Shown one piece after another: positions 13,886 to 23,487 of a DNA stretch of 51,498 nt (positions are counted from its first letter, which is position 1; each line of letters opens with the position of its first letter). The translations under genes were made by a program, and so were the position numbers. The notes under the pieces are model-generated. The model made no database searches, was not told where the DNA came from, and saw nothing but the letters and a program-made list of their open reading frames with translations. The stretch comes from a virus: positions 1 to 51,498 of IMG/VR virus record IMGVR_UViG_3300045988_067228, one strand, 5' to 3'.

Positions 13886-14956
13886 ATGGATTTGAGAGAA
13901 GTTTTTACTCCCGCTGCGATTGCGGCAAACTGGACTGAGGTTGCCTCAAACCAGATTCCCTACCTGGGTGCTACGCTGTTCCCCGCCCGCAAGAAGGCTG
14001 GTCTTGACTTGTCCTGGCTGAAAGGCTCCCGTGGGCTGCCTGTCTCTCTGATGCCCTCCGCATTCGACACGAAGGCCACCTTCCGTGATCGGATTGGATT
14101 TGAGAAACTGGAGACCGAGATGCCTTTCTTCCGCGAGGGCTATAAAATCAAAGAGAAGGACCGCCAAGAGATGCTGCGGGTACAGGAGTCTAGCGACCCC
14201 TATGCTGCCGAGGTGATTGCCCGTGTATTTGACGATACCCGTGACCTTATTGACGGCGCGAACGTTGTTCCTGAGCGCATGATTATGCAGCTGCTGTTCC
14301 CTGAGGGTGGCGATGTGGGTATTGCGATCAAGGCAAATGGCGTGAACTATACCTACAAGTATGATACGGACGGCTCCTGGAAGACCTCTAACTACACCGC
14401 ACTGACTGATACAGCCACTTGGGACAAGCCCTCTACGGCTGATCCCTTTGCGGCATTCAAGACGGTCAAGGACGCTATCCGTTCTAAGACTGGCACTGAA
14501 CTGACGGTCTCGATTATGAACTCCTATACCTTCAATCTACTTGCTAAAACGGACGCCGTAAAGAACCGCTACTTGACCACCAACGGCCTGTCTCTTGGCT
14601 ATCTGACCGACGCCGAAGTAAAGGCGGTTGTAGAGTCCACGTCCGGTCTGCGGATTGCAATTTACGACAAGCAGTTCCGGGACGAGGACAAGGTTGCCCA
14701 TGCATTTGTGCCCAATGGCTATGTTTGTTTGATTCCTGACGGTGCTCTTGGTAGTACTTGGTATGGCACCACTCCCGAGGAGGCAGACCTTCAAGGAGCC
14801 TCCGGCGCCGAAGTTTCCATTGTGAATACAGGCGTTGCGATTACCCGTATTCTTCAGGAGCATCCTGTAAATATCAACACCTTTGCGTCTGAAATCGTCC
14901 TGCCCTCCTTCGAGCGCATGGACGAGGTGGCGGTGCTCAACGTCCTGGGGGAATAA
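13886..14956 (+). CDS. Major capsid protein (lambda gpE-like family)
   Basis: 356 aa. N-terminal ...IPYLGATLFPARKKAGLDLSWLKGSRGLPVSLMPSAFD is typical of E-family capsids of Firmicutes phages. Confidence 0.85.
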   Translation: MDLREVFTPAAIAANWTEVASNQIPYLGATLFPARKKAGLDLSWLKGSRGLPVSLMPSAFDTKATFRDRIGFEKLETEMPFFREGYKIKEKDRQEMLRVQESSDPYAAEVIARVFDDTRDLIDGANVVPERMIMQLLFPEGGDVGIAIKANGVNYTYKYDTDGSWKTSNYTALTDTATWDKPSTADPFAAFKTVKDAIRSKTGTELTVSIMNSYTFNLLAKTDAVKNRYLTTNGLSLGYLTDAEVKAVVESTSGLRIAIYDKQFRDEDKVAHAFVPNGYVCLIPDGALGSTWYGTTPEEADLQGASGAEVSIVNTGVAITRILQEHPVNINTFASEIVLPSFERMDEVAVLNVLGE

Positions 14957-14958
14957 TC

Positions 14959-14998
14959 GGGTCTGACACTCTAACCATTTTCCCCGGCAGTCAGACCC
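14959..14998 (+). promoter_or_regulatory. 9-bp stem-loop directly after the capsid gene (mRNA-stabilising or partial terminator)
   Basis: GGGTCTGAC 14959-14967 pairs with GTCAGACCC 14990-14998. No U-run follows. Confidence 0.45.
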
Positions 14999-15000
14999 TA

Positions 15001-15324
15001 TTGGGGAAGCAGGTGTCCGAACTGGTAGGAGATGACCTGAAGGTATATGCTGACGGGTTTGTCACGGGTACATTCCATCATGTGACTGGTTACTCTGAGT
15101 TCAGTTCTATCCCTGGAGAAGACAGTGGGTACTATTTCCCGTTTCACCTGACGAAAACTGGAAGCAAGATGACCTTTAAGAAAAATGGGGTTCCAACCAA
15201 ACAGGGCATCGCATTTGACCCGGACATTATTTTCCGGGTAACAAAGGATGACACCTTTGAAGTCCTTGTGGATGACAGCAGTGTTGTGAAGTTCAATTTT
15301 GCTGGGGCCACATTTGAGAGCTAA
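15001..15324 (+). CDS. Hypothetical structural protein (107 aa)
   Basis: TTG 15001 (or GTG 15013) start. Clean ORF within the head module. Confidence 0.55.
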   Translation: MGKQVSELVGDDLKVYADGFVTGTFHHVTGYSEFSSIPGEDSGYYFPFHLTKTGSKMTFKKNGVPTKQGIAFDPDIIFRVTKDDTFEVLVDDSSVVKFNFAGATFES

Positions 15325-15340
15325 AAAAGCGGGAGGCAGC

Positions 15341-15562
15341 ATGAAGTTTATTCCAAATTACCGCGTGTGCTATGGCGACCAGTTTTATGAGGCTGGGACT
15401 CCGTTCCCCATTAAGGCCGACGACGCGGATATGATGAAGCGGCACGGGACGGTGTTGGATGAACCGACGCCGCCTCCCGCGACTGAACGAAGGGCCGGGA
15501 GATCGAGGAGGGGGAATAATGGACAACTTAGCGAGACTGAAACTCCGAACCGAAGAGGTTGA
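15341..15562 (+). CDS. Hypothetical protein (73 aa)
   Basis: GGGAGG SD before ATG 15341. Confidence 0.5.
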   Translation: MKFIPNYRVCYGDQFYEAGTPFPIKADDADMMKRHGTVLDEPTPPPATERRAGRSRRGNNGQLSETETPNRRG

Positions 15563-15824
15563 CGAAACTGTCCTGCAAGATTGCCTAGAGAGCGCAAAGT
15601 CAGCGATTATGGCCCGACGTTACCCTTTTCAAGAGTGGCCGGAGGAACTGGAGCGCCGGTATCTGGATTTGCAGTTCAGGTGTGCGCTTGACCTCTACAA
15701 CAGAATTGGAGCAGAAGGCCAGCTCGGGCACACAGAAAACTCTATCAGTCGAACTTGGGAGTCCGCTTGGATTTCCGAATCGCTTTTGCAGGAAGTGACG
15801 CCGCTGGCCGGGAGGGTGACGTAA
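15519..15824 (+). CDS. Head-tail connector/adaptor (gp6-like)
   Basis: GAGGAGGGGG SD. ...LQDCLESAKSAIMARRYPF... is typical of phage head-tail connector proteins. Confidence 0.65.
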   Translation: MDNLARLKLRTEEVDETVLQDCLESAKSAIMARRYPFQEWPEELERRYLDLQFRCALDLYNRIGAEGQLGHTENSISRTWESAWISESLLQEVTPLAGRVT

Positions 15825-16150
15825 TGACAGTCCATGTGCTGGGCGAAACATACACCCTGAATTTCATTCCGGAGGAAAACGACGAGGGCCTGAAAGACTG
15901 CGACGGCTACTGTGACGAGACCATCAAAACACTGGTGGTAAAGCAGTACAAGCGAGGAGAGCCGGGGAGCAAGAAGGCCCTCGACCTGCAAGAGAAGAAA
16001 AACTTCCGGCATGAGATTATTCATGCATTTCTCTACGAAAGTGGCCTTGCGGAAAACTCTGCCTGGGCGCAGGAGGAAGAAATGGTGGACTGGTTCGCCA
16101 AGCAGTTTCCTAAGCTGGCGGTAGCGTTTCGGGAGGTGGATGCCCTGTGA
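15824..16150 (+). CDS. Second small HExxH zincin-like protein (108 aa)
   Basis: TAATG coupling to the previous gene. The FRHEIIHAFLYESG motif is seen directly. Confidence 0.6.
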   Translation: MTVHVLGETYTLNFIPEENDEGLKDCDGYCDETIKTLVVKQYKRGEPGSKKALDLQEKKNFRHEIIHAFLYESGLAENSAWAQEEEMVDWFAKQFPKLAVAFREVDAL

Positions 16151-16641
16151 GAAGCCTCCTGCGCAACCAGCAGCCAGTATTCTACAAGCTTTACGAGGGC
16201 CAAGAGGAAATTGTGGATGAGTGGGGAAACCCTACCGGCAGCTATGTCCCCATTTACAGCGAATTGAAATCCACTATGCTCTGCGTCTCCCCTAACAAGG
16301 GGAATTCTGAGGTGGAACAGTTTGGCTCTCTGGAGGATTACGACCGGACGGCTACCACTGCCGACCCGCATTGCCCCATCGATGAGAACTCCGTGCTGTG
16401 GGTGGACGGGGCCGATACAGATGGCCCGTATAACTACATCGTAAAGCGGAAAGCCCCGTGGAAAAATTCTACGCAGTACGCCATAAAGAGGGTCACTGTG
16501 TCGGAGTACGAAGCAGAAAAGAGCCTGTTCGATCAGAAAGTAAAAGCGGAGGCCGCCTATGCTAACCATCAAACTGAAACTGAATACGGACTCCATCAAT
16601 CAGGCGTTGAAGGAAGTCAAGGCGTACCAGAAGAAAGTTGA
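16147..16641 (+). CDS. Head closure / head-tail joining protein
   Basis: GTG start overlapping the previous stop. Call rests on position and size; the 3' end overlaps the next gene by 83 nt. Confidence 0.5.
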   Translation: MRSLLRNQQPVFYKLYEGQEEIVDEWGNPTGSYVPIYSELKSTMLCVSPNKGNSEVEQFGSLEDYDRTATTADPHCPIDENSVLWVDGADTDGPYNYIVKRKAPWKNSTQYAIKRVTVSEYEAEKSLFDQKVKAEAAYANHQTETEYGLHQSGVEGSQGVPEES

Positions 16642-17041
16642 GCAGGCACCGCAAAAGCTGATTGAATACCTGACAGCGCAAGGCGTTGAGATTGCCAAAA
16701 TGAACGTGTCTGACATGAACGCCTACGATAGCGGGGAGTTGTACAACAGCATCCACGCCGAGCAAAAGTCTGGTGTTGGGTATGTCATAGCGGACGCTGC
16801 CCATGCCGCTTTCGTGTGCTTTGGCACCGGCATCGTGGGAAAGAACAATCAACACCCGAATATCGCAATCGCCGGGTGGAAGTATGACGTGAACGACCAC
16901 GGGGAACTGGGGTGGTGGTACATTGGACGTGATGGGCGGGCGCACTGGACCAAAGGTATGCCGTCCAGACCATATATGTACAACACGGCACAGCAACTCA
17001 GACAAATGGTTATCCCAGCGGCAAAGGAGGCGTTGAAGTGA
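16559..17041 (+). CDS. HK97 gp10-like tail component
   Basis: GGAGG SD. ...AYDSGELYNSIHAE... fits gp10-family sequence and position. Confidence 0.6.
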   Translation: MLTIKLKLNTDSINQALKEVKAYQKKVEQAPQKLIEYLTAQGVEIAKMNVSDMNAYDSGELYNSIHAEQKSGVGYVIADAAHAAFVCFGTGIVGKNNQHPNIAIAGWKYDVNDHGELGWWYIGRDGRAHWTKGMPSRPYMYNTAQQLRQMVIPAAKEALK

Positions 17042-17442
17042 TTGACGTGGAGAGCCTGATATTCAGTCAGGTCGCAGAAGCCCTCCGGGTGGCTTTTCCA
17101 GGAATATTCGTTAGTGGCGAATATGTAGATACCCCCGCCAAGTTTCCCGCTGTTACTATTGTGGAGAGCGATAATACGATAGTACAGCGAATGCGAACGG
17201 CCAACATTGAAAATGCCGCAACGCTGATGTATGAGGTAAATGTTTACACCAACACCGTCGGCTACAAGAAGTCCGAGGCAAAAGACATTATGGAAGCCGT
17301 TGATGGCGAATTTTCCAAACTGGGATTTGCGCGGACAATGTGCAATCCTATTTCAAACCTGAGCGACGCCACGATCTACAGAATGGTGGCAAGATACACA
17401 GCCACGGTAGACAAGGATTTGTGGGTTTACCGTGCAGACTAA
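17038..17442 (+). CDS. Tail completion/terminator-like protein
   Basis: GTGA coupling to the previous gene. 134 aa, positioned just before the major tail protein. Confidence 0.55.
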   Translation: MIDVESLIFSQVAEALRVAFPGIFVSGEYVDTPAKFPAVTIVESDNTIVQRMRTANIENAATLMYEVNVYTNTVGYKKSEAKDIMEAVDGEFSKLGFARTMCNPISNLSDATIYRMVARYTATVDKDLWVYRAD

Positions 17443-17464
17443 TTCAGAAAAGAGGTAATTTACT

Positions 17465-17941
17465 ATGGCAAGTCCCAGACTTTCTACTGCTGGAATGACA
17501 CTTCAGTATGCCGTTGAGACTTCTGCGGGTACTCGCCCCACTACCGGCTATACCAAAATCCCGGAAGTAAAGTCCATGCCCAGCTTCAATCCCAGCCCCA
17601 ACACCATTGACTCCACCACCCTGGAGGAGACCGAGTACATGACCTACGTCCAGGGCCTCAAGGACCTGGGCGGCGCTCTGGAGTATGGCGCTAACCTGAC
17701 CGAGGACCTGATTGATGCGTGGGATACTCTGATGGGTGCTTACGATACAGCCGTTGAGGGCGGAAAGCAGGTGTGGTTTGCGGTGGTTCATCCGCAGCTG
17801 GCAGATGCTACTTACTTCGTTGGCACCCCGGCCTCCCTTGGCCTGAACGAGGCAAGCGTCGGCTCCATGCTGGAAACCACGCTTTATATCACCCCAAACA
17901 GCGCCCCTGTGATGGCGGCAAAACCCACCGAGGAACCCTGA
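17465..17941 (+). CDS. Major tail protein
   Basis: AAGAGG SD. 158 aa, located immediately upstream of the chaperone pair and the tape measure. Confidence 0.75.
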   Translation: MASPRLSTAGMTLQYAVETSAGTRPTTGYTKIPEVKSMPSFNPSPNTIDSTTLEETEYMTYVQGLKDLGGALEYGANLTEDLIDAWDTLMGAYDTAVEGGKQVWFAVVHPQLADATYFVGTPASLGLNEASVGSMLETTLYITPNSAPVMAAKPTEEP

Positions 17942-17966
17942 TTAACAATCTTGAGGAGGCATACAA

Positions 17967-18341
17967 ATGAGCGAAAAGACCATTGATATTCAGGACATCG
18001 TAAAGCCTGCCCGCCTGACTGATGATAAGACCGGGCAAGTTTATGTCCTGGATTTTTCTCGTGAGAGTATTGTATTTGCTGAACGTAACAAATTCAAGCT
18101 GGAAGATGCCATTGAGTATCCTGTTACTGGCATGAGGGACCTGTTCTACTATGCGTTCCGCAAGAACCACCGGAATATCTCTAGGGAAAAGACAGACAAG
18201 TTGATCGAAAAGTGGGGCGGCGGCATCCCGGAGGAACTGGTGAAGCGGCTCATTCAGCTTTATCAGCAAGCTCTTGCGTCCAACTCTATCGTTGTTGACG
18301 AGGACGCCGCAAAAAACTCCGGACTGACTCTGGAGCTGTAA
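17967..18341 (+). CDS. Tail assembly chaperone (gpG-like)
   Basis: GAGGAGG SD. Position upstream of the tape measure. The slippery site lies near its 3' end. Confidence 0.8.
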   Translation: MSEKTIDIQDIVKPARLTDDKTGQVYVLDFSRESIVFAERNKFKLEDAIEYPVTGMRDLFYYAFRKNHRNISREKTDKLIEKWGGGIPEELVKRLIQLYQQALASNSIVVDEDAAKNSGLTLEL

Positions 18342-18730
18342 AGGGTCCAGAGTCATTTGAAGAACTGTTCGTGCGTGACTGTTCGTATTATCTCTCTATC
18401 GGTATGACATGGGAGCAATACTGGAACGGAGACGTGTGGATGGTGAACATTTATAGGGAGGCTGATAGACGTCGTATGGAGCGAACAAATGCGGAGTCCC
18501 ATTTGATGGGAATGTACATTTATGAGGCTTTGTGCGACGTCTCCCCCATTCTTCATGCTTTTGCCAAAAATGGTGCAAAACCGATAGAGTATCGAACGGA
18601 GCCATATCCTTTGTTTGGGAAAGATAAGCCCAAAGAGAAATCTGAACAGCAGGAAGAGCGGGACGCATTGTTTGCAAAGGCGTATATGAGCCAGATGGTA
18701 AGGGCCGGAAAGAGCTGGGGGAAGAAATAG
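17967..18730 (+). CDS. Tail assembly chaperone G-T fusion made by -1 programmed frameshift at A_AAA_AAC (18311-18317)
   Basis: The heptamer is in the correct phase in the 0 frame. The -1 frame is open from upstream of 18311 through 18730. Confidence 0.7.
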
Positions 18731-18796
18731 CGTCCCCGTTGCACCTTGAAAACTTCATAGAAATAGCGGAAACCTCGATACGCCAAGAAATAAAAC

Positions 18797-18826
18797 GGCC
18801 CTCCGCCTATTCCTAAGCGGAGGGCG
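18797..18826 (-). terminator. Terminator of the lipoprotein moron (usable bidirectionally)
   Basis: GCCCTCCGC (18798-18806) pairs with GCGGAGGGC 18817-25. A U-run follows on the minus strand (plus ataaaac). Confidence 0.7.
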
Positions 18827-18837
18827 ATTATTAAATT

Positions 18838-19716
18838 TCAGAACTTAAAATCTGAGGTTGAGTAATCATCAAACATGATGTTCCCACTTGCATGTATATC
18901 TTCTACTACTTCTGGCAATTCATCAAATCTGACCTCAACAAGATTTTCTTGATTTGCTGATATTGAATGGCTTGTGATATGTCCACTATCAACCCCATTT
19001 ACATGCAAGTCAAAAAATCCAATTGTTAGATTTTGGCCCGTTTTATTGACAACAGAAAAAACTATTGCAGATTTTGGAACATCCAGATTATCAGCGGCAT
19101 ACACCGTTTCATACTCCACTACACCATTATATACTATAGAAATTTTATTGTCACTATACAAAGTATCGCCAATATTTAAGTCTCTTCTCTGACTTAATTC
19201 TTCATCTAATTCCTTTTGAGCATCCTGTTTAGTGGAGTCTACATCTTCTTTTGTTATAACAACAAGTTCACTTTTGTCATTCATGGTATCACAAAAAGCT
19301 ATATCATCTCCGCTTTTGTATTCCTGGATTTGAATAGAAGTTTGGAAATTTTTCTCATCTGATGGACAATTGAAGATAACTGTCCCAAGGCATTTATACA
19401 CAGATTGATTATTCTCGCAAATAATTTCAATCAATCGATCTACATCAATTGCACATACACTCGGGTCGTCCTGTCTTGCGTTCTCTCCGACAAAAGATAT
19501 TTCTAAGTTATAGTAGTTACCCGTTTCATTGATTGACTCAATATCGACACGAAAACTTCTATTTTGCAAAAATGCGTTTTTCACATCTTCCGTGCTTGCA
19601 ATTTCTGGATTGTTAGAATCTGATATATCATGATATTCATGTTCAGTACTCTCGCCACATGACGTTAACCCGATAATCATTAAAAAGGCAAATAGTACAG
19701 GAAAAAATTTCTTCAT
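18838..19716 (-). CDS. Secreted lipoprotein (292 aa), AT-rich opposite-strand moron
   Basis: MKKFFPVLFAFLMIIGLTSCGE is a signal peptide plus lipobox. GAGGGGGG SD. GC is far below that of flanking tail genes. Confidence 0.8.
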   Translation of the reverse strand: MKKFFPVLFAFLMIIGLTSCGESTEHEYHDISDSNNPEIASTEDVKNAFLQNRSFRVDIESINETGNYYNLEISFVGENARQDDPSVCAIDVDRLIEIICENNQSVYKCLGTVIFNCPSDEKNFQTSIQIQEYKSGDDIAFCDTMNDKSELVVITKEDVDSTKQDAQKELDEELSQRRDLNIGDTLYSDNKISIVYNGVVEYETVYAADNLDVPKSAIVFSVVNKTGQNLTIGFFDLHVNGVDSGHITSHSISANQENLVEVRFDELPEVVEDIHASGNIMFDDYSTSDFKF

Positions 19717-19819
19717 TTTAATCGCCCCCCTCATTATATGATACATCACACAACGGAAGGAAATCAATCAAAATCTTCGCTATCTCTATGAAGTTTGAGG
19801 TAGCGGAATTTTATATTTT

Positions 19820-19847
19820 AGTGCCAAGTGCTTTATTGCCAAGTGCC
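19820..19847 (+). repeat. AGTGCCAAGTGC plus TGCCAAGTGCC (site C), upstream of the tape measure gene
   Basis: 19820-19831 and 19837-19847, read directly. ATTGCCA 19835-41 pairs with TGGCAAT 19863-69, next to the ATG. Confidence 0.85.
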
Positions 19848-19869
19848 AATATAGAAAGGTGGTGGCAAT

Positions 19870-22800
19870 ATGGCCGTAGATATTGATAGCCTGCAAATTG
19901 AAATCGAGGCGACGTCCAGTGATGCAGCAAAGAAGATCGAGGCGCTTACTACTGCATTGACCGGGTTAAAAACCGCGGCTAAAGGAGGGGCGGGGCTTAC
20001 AACCACCACAAAGCAGTTAAAGGCACTTTCGGAAGCAGCAAAGCTAATCAATGGCGCAAATCTGAATAGTGGGAAAATAAAAGAGTTCACGGCTGCAATG
20101 AATAGCTTGGCTGGTATCCAAAAAGCAAGCGGCCTTTCCTCCGCGATCAACGCACTAAAGAAACTTCCTGAGATTAGTGCGTCGCTCGAAAAGACAGACC
20201 TTGGTAAATTCGCAAAGCAGATGGAGCAGGTGGCCGCTGCTGTGCGACCGCTAGCGACAGAAATGCAGAAGGTATCCAATGGATTTTCAGCATTTCCGAT
20301 CAGAATTCAGAGGCTTATTCAGAGCAACGCAAGTCTGACGGCATCAAATAGCAGAGCGGCAAGAAGTTTTGGCGTTCTTGGAACTGGTATCAGTTCTGCG
20401 GCAGCTAAATTTAGTATCTATTATTTAGCATTTAAGCGACTTGCCGATGTTATTTCCGGCTGGATAAAGTCGGCTAATGACTACGTTGAGACAGTCAATT
20501 TGTTTCAGGTCTCCATGGGTGAGTTTTATGACGAAGCCTATAACTATGCCATGCTGGTCAATGACCGACTTGGCATCGACCCCGAAGAGTGGATGCGTGC
20601 GCAAGGCGTGTTCATGTCTATGGCAAACGGTTTTGGGTTAGCACGGCAACAAGCTTATGACCTAAGCGAGGGCTTGACAGAACTGGCCTATGACCTGAGT
20701 TCTCTATATAACGAGGACACAGAACAGTCGGTCTTACGTTTGCAGTCTGCTCTTGCTGGCGAAATTGAGCCCATCCGTCGCTTAGGTATCTCAATTAGTC
20801 AGGCCACCTTACAGGAATATGCGCTTGCTCATGGCATTGATGAAAGCGTTATGTCTATGACAGAACAGGAAAAGGCATTACTGCGGAGCCTGGTTCTGAT
20901 GGAGGGGGCCTCCCGGATCGGGGCTATTGGAGATTTCGCAAAAACCTTGGAATCCCCCGCAAATGCTATGAGAGTGCTGCGCCAGCAAATTACTCAGCTT
21001 GGTCGAGCGATTGGCACGGTGTTTGTCCCTATCCTCATTCAGGTAATTCCATGGGTTCAAGCATTTGTTGAGATATTGACGGAAGCAATTCAACGGTTTG
21101 CTGTTCTGGTCGGATTTGAAATGCCGGAATGGGAGACCAATGATTGGGGAGAAGATATCAAAGAAAATGCTGACTCCGCTGCCGATTCCGTTGGCGATAC
21201 AACTGACGAATTAAAAAAGCTAAAGCAGCAGCTTTTAGGAATCGATGAACTAAATATCATCGGGGCATCCAACGAAATCAAATTGGATACTGGAGAAGCT
21301 GGAAAATGGACCGATGATCTTGAAATCCCGAATATTTGGGACAAAACCGCCCTTGATGCGTTAAAAAAGCAAGTGGACGAAATCAAACCTGTTTTGAAAG
21401 ACTTGCTTGACAACTATATCATTCCCATCGGTTCTGCACTGCTTGCGTGGAGAATTGCAAGGACGTTGTTTACAGATATCGGCCGCCTTAAGGCTTTGCT
21501 AGGCGGGTTGATGTTCACGGTAGGTATTTCTTTGCTGATTGACAGTGTAAAAGACATTCTTTTTGGGGATGGACTAACATGGGAAAACATCCTAAAAGGC
21601 GCAGCTGGAGGAGCACTTGCTGGGGCTGGACTTGGCCTACTTTTGGCTAAGAAACTTGGCCTCACTTGGGCTGGTGGAATGCTGCTTGGAGCTGTTGTCG
21701 GTCTTGGACTTTCCTTGATGGTCATGTCCATTGCCTCTCAAATCAAAGACGGACTGAACTTTGGGAATGTCCTTTTAGGTGCTATTGGCGGTGCATTGGC
21801 TGGAGGAGCGCTTGGCGGATACTTTGCATTCAGAAAAAATCTAAATCCTGCGCAAGGGGTTCTTGGTGGCATAATTGCAGGAATTGGCGTGTCTCTCTTG
21901 ATTTCGTCTATCACGTCGATTCTTCAAGATGGTCTTAACATTGGAAATGGGATCATGGGCCTCATTGGCGGAGCTTTGGCTGGATTTGGCATCGGCGCAG
22001 TCATTGCTGGAGGAGCTGGAGCCGCTTTTGGGCTAGTAATCGGAGTTGGATTATCTCTTGTGATTATGGGAATTACTGCACAAATTAAAGAGGGCGCTGC
22101 AACTCTTTCTGGTGGACTGATGACAATACTCGGGTCTGTATTAACTGGTGCGGGAATCGGCTCCGTTGTTCCTGTTATTGGTACTGCCGCTGGTGCCGTT
22201 ATCGGACTTGGTGTTGGCATTGTTCTCGAAATTGTTGGTATAGAAGCGGCAGCAAATGCGGCGTATGCGGCGTCAGAAGATTTTGCAATCATGGCGGACA
22301 TTCTTGACCGTTGCACAGAAGCGTCTGAACGCACAGACCAAGCGTTTAATAATATGAAAAATCGTTTAGAAGATTTTGATTCGTCTATTGCTGATTTCCA
22401 AGTTGCCAGACAGCTTGCAGACGAAATTTATGCCATTAACGATAATGCAAATGCATCTGCTTATGAATTAGATCAAATGGCGGTAAAAGTTCAAGTCCTG
22501 AACGATTTGAACATTGATGGGCTACATTTGGAAATTGATGAAACAACACAACGAGTTAAAGAAAGTAAAGCCGCCGTTGACGAGCTGATTGATTCTTTGG
22601 AGCGAGAGGCCAAAATGGAAGCCCTGCGAGAAATGCTTGTTGAGAGTTATAAAGAGCAATATCAGGCAATGCGTGATATGCAACAGGCGGCAAAGGATTA
22701 TGATGCGGCCGCAGAAGCATTAAATAACACACAAAAAGAACTCAACGAAACAGACATTTTCAGTTGGGGGAAAGCCAGAGAACTTGTCGCTGCAAGAGAG

Positions 22801-23472
22801 AAAGAAACCGAAGCGGCAAAAGCCGCACAGGAAACATACATGCAATCGGTTCAGCTATACAGTGATCTTCAAAGTGAAACTCAAGGTCTTACAGATTCTA
22901 TTATTGGGTTAAAGCAAGAAGAATCTGGAGTTGGAGACGCCGGTATTGATGGAATGGAAGATTTGAAAACGGAAATCAATCATTTTAGCCAATCTATTGA
23001 TATGAGCCAGTTTGAAAATCTAGGAAAGCAAATGGCAGATAACATGTATAAGGGATTCACCAGTTCTGGCCTGCTGCAAGATGCCATCAAAAATCTCGGG
23101 AATGGCGCATCGTATAGTTCGGAAAATTCTTCCTCCCGTTCGGCCAACAGCTATTCTGTTCAGGATATCACTGCATACGCCTCCGGCGGCTTCCCCGAGC
23201 ATGGGCAAATGTTCATTGCCCGTGAGGATGGGCCTGAGCTAGTTGGTCAAATGGGCAACCGAGCAGCGGTGGCGAACAATGACCAAATCGTTGACGGTAT
23301 CGCTTCTGCTAATACCGGAGTCATCAATGCGGTCATGGCAATCGGTGCAATGATTACTAAGGCAGTCAACGATAAAGATACAACAGTTTCTCTGGATGGC
23401 CGTCAGGTGTCGAGGAGCCTGTACAAATACAACCAACAGACGCAGCGAGAAAAGGGCTCTCCCATTACATGA
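19870..23472 (+). CDS. Tape measure protein (1200 aa)
   Basis: Size and position fit. Coiled-coil ends with central Gly-zipper hydrophobic repeats. Confidence 0.9.
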   Translation: MAVDIDSLQIEIEATSSDAAKKIEALTTALTGLKTAAKGGAGLTTTTKQLKALSEAAKLINGANLNSGKIKEFTAAMNSLAGIQKASGLSSAINALKKLPEISASLEKTDLGKFAKQMEQVAAAVRPLATEMQKVSNGFSAFPIRIQRLIQSNASLTASNSRAARSFGVLGTGISSAAAKFSIYYLAFKRLADVISGWIKSANDYVETVNLFQVSMGEFYDEAYNYAMLVNDRLGIDPEEWMRAQGVFMSMANGFGLARQQAYDLSEGLTELAYDLSSLYNEDTEQSVLRLQSALAGEIEPIRRLGISISQATLQEYALAHGIDESVMSMTEQEKALLRSLVLMEGASRIGAIGDFAKTLESPANAMRVLRQQITQLGRAIGTVFVPILIQVIPWVQAFVEILTEAIQRFAVLVGFEMPEWETNDWGEDIKENADSAADSVGDTTDELKKLKQQLLGIDELNIIGASNEIKLDTGEAGKWTDDLEIPNIWDKTALDALKKQVDEIKPVLKDLLDNYIIPIGSALLAWRIARTLFTDIGRLKALLGGLMFTVGISLLIDSVKDILFGDGLTWENILKGAAGGALAGAGLGLLLAKKLGLTWAGGMLLGAVVGLGLSLMVMSIASQIKDGLNFGNVLLGAIGGALAGGALGGYFAFRKNLNPAQGVLGGIIAGIGVSLLISSITSILQDGLNIGNGIMGLIGGALAGFGIGAVIAGGAGAAFGLVIGVGLSLVIMGITAQIKEGAATLSGGLMTILGSVLTGAGIGSVVPVIGTAAGAVIGLGVGIVLEIVGIEAAANAAYAASEDFAIMADILDRCTEASERTDQAFNNMKNRLEDFDSSIADFQVARQLADEIYAINDNANASAYELDQMAVKVQVLNDLNIDGLHLEIDETTQRVKESKAAVDELIDSLEREAKMEALREMLVESYKEQYQAMRDMQQAAKDYDAAAEALNNTQKELNETDIFSWGKARELVAAREKETEAAKAAQETYMQSVQLYSDLQSETQGLTDSIIGLKQEESGVGDAGIDGMEDLKTEINHFSQSIDMSQFENLGKQMADNMYKGFTSSGLLQDAIKNLGNGASYSSENSSSRSANSYSVQDITAYASGGFPEHGQMFIAREDGPELVGQMGNRAAVANNDQIVDGIASANTGVINAVMAIGAMITKAVNDKDTTVSLDGRQVSRSLYKYNQQTQREKGSPIT

Positions 23473-23487
23473 AAGGCAGGATAAAAC

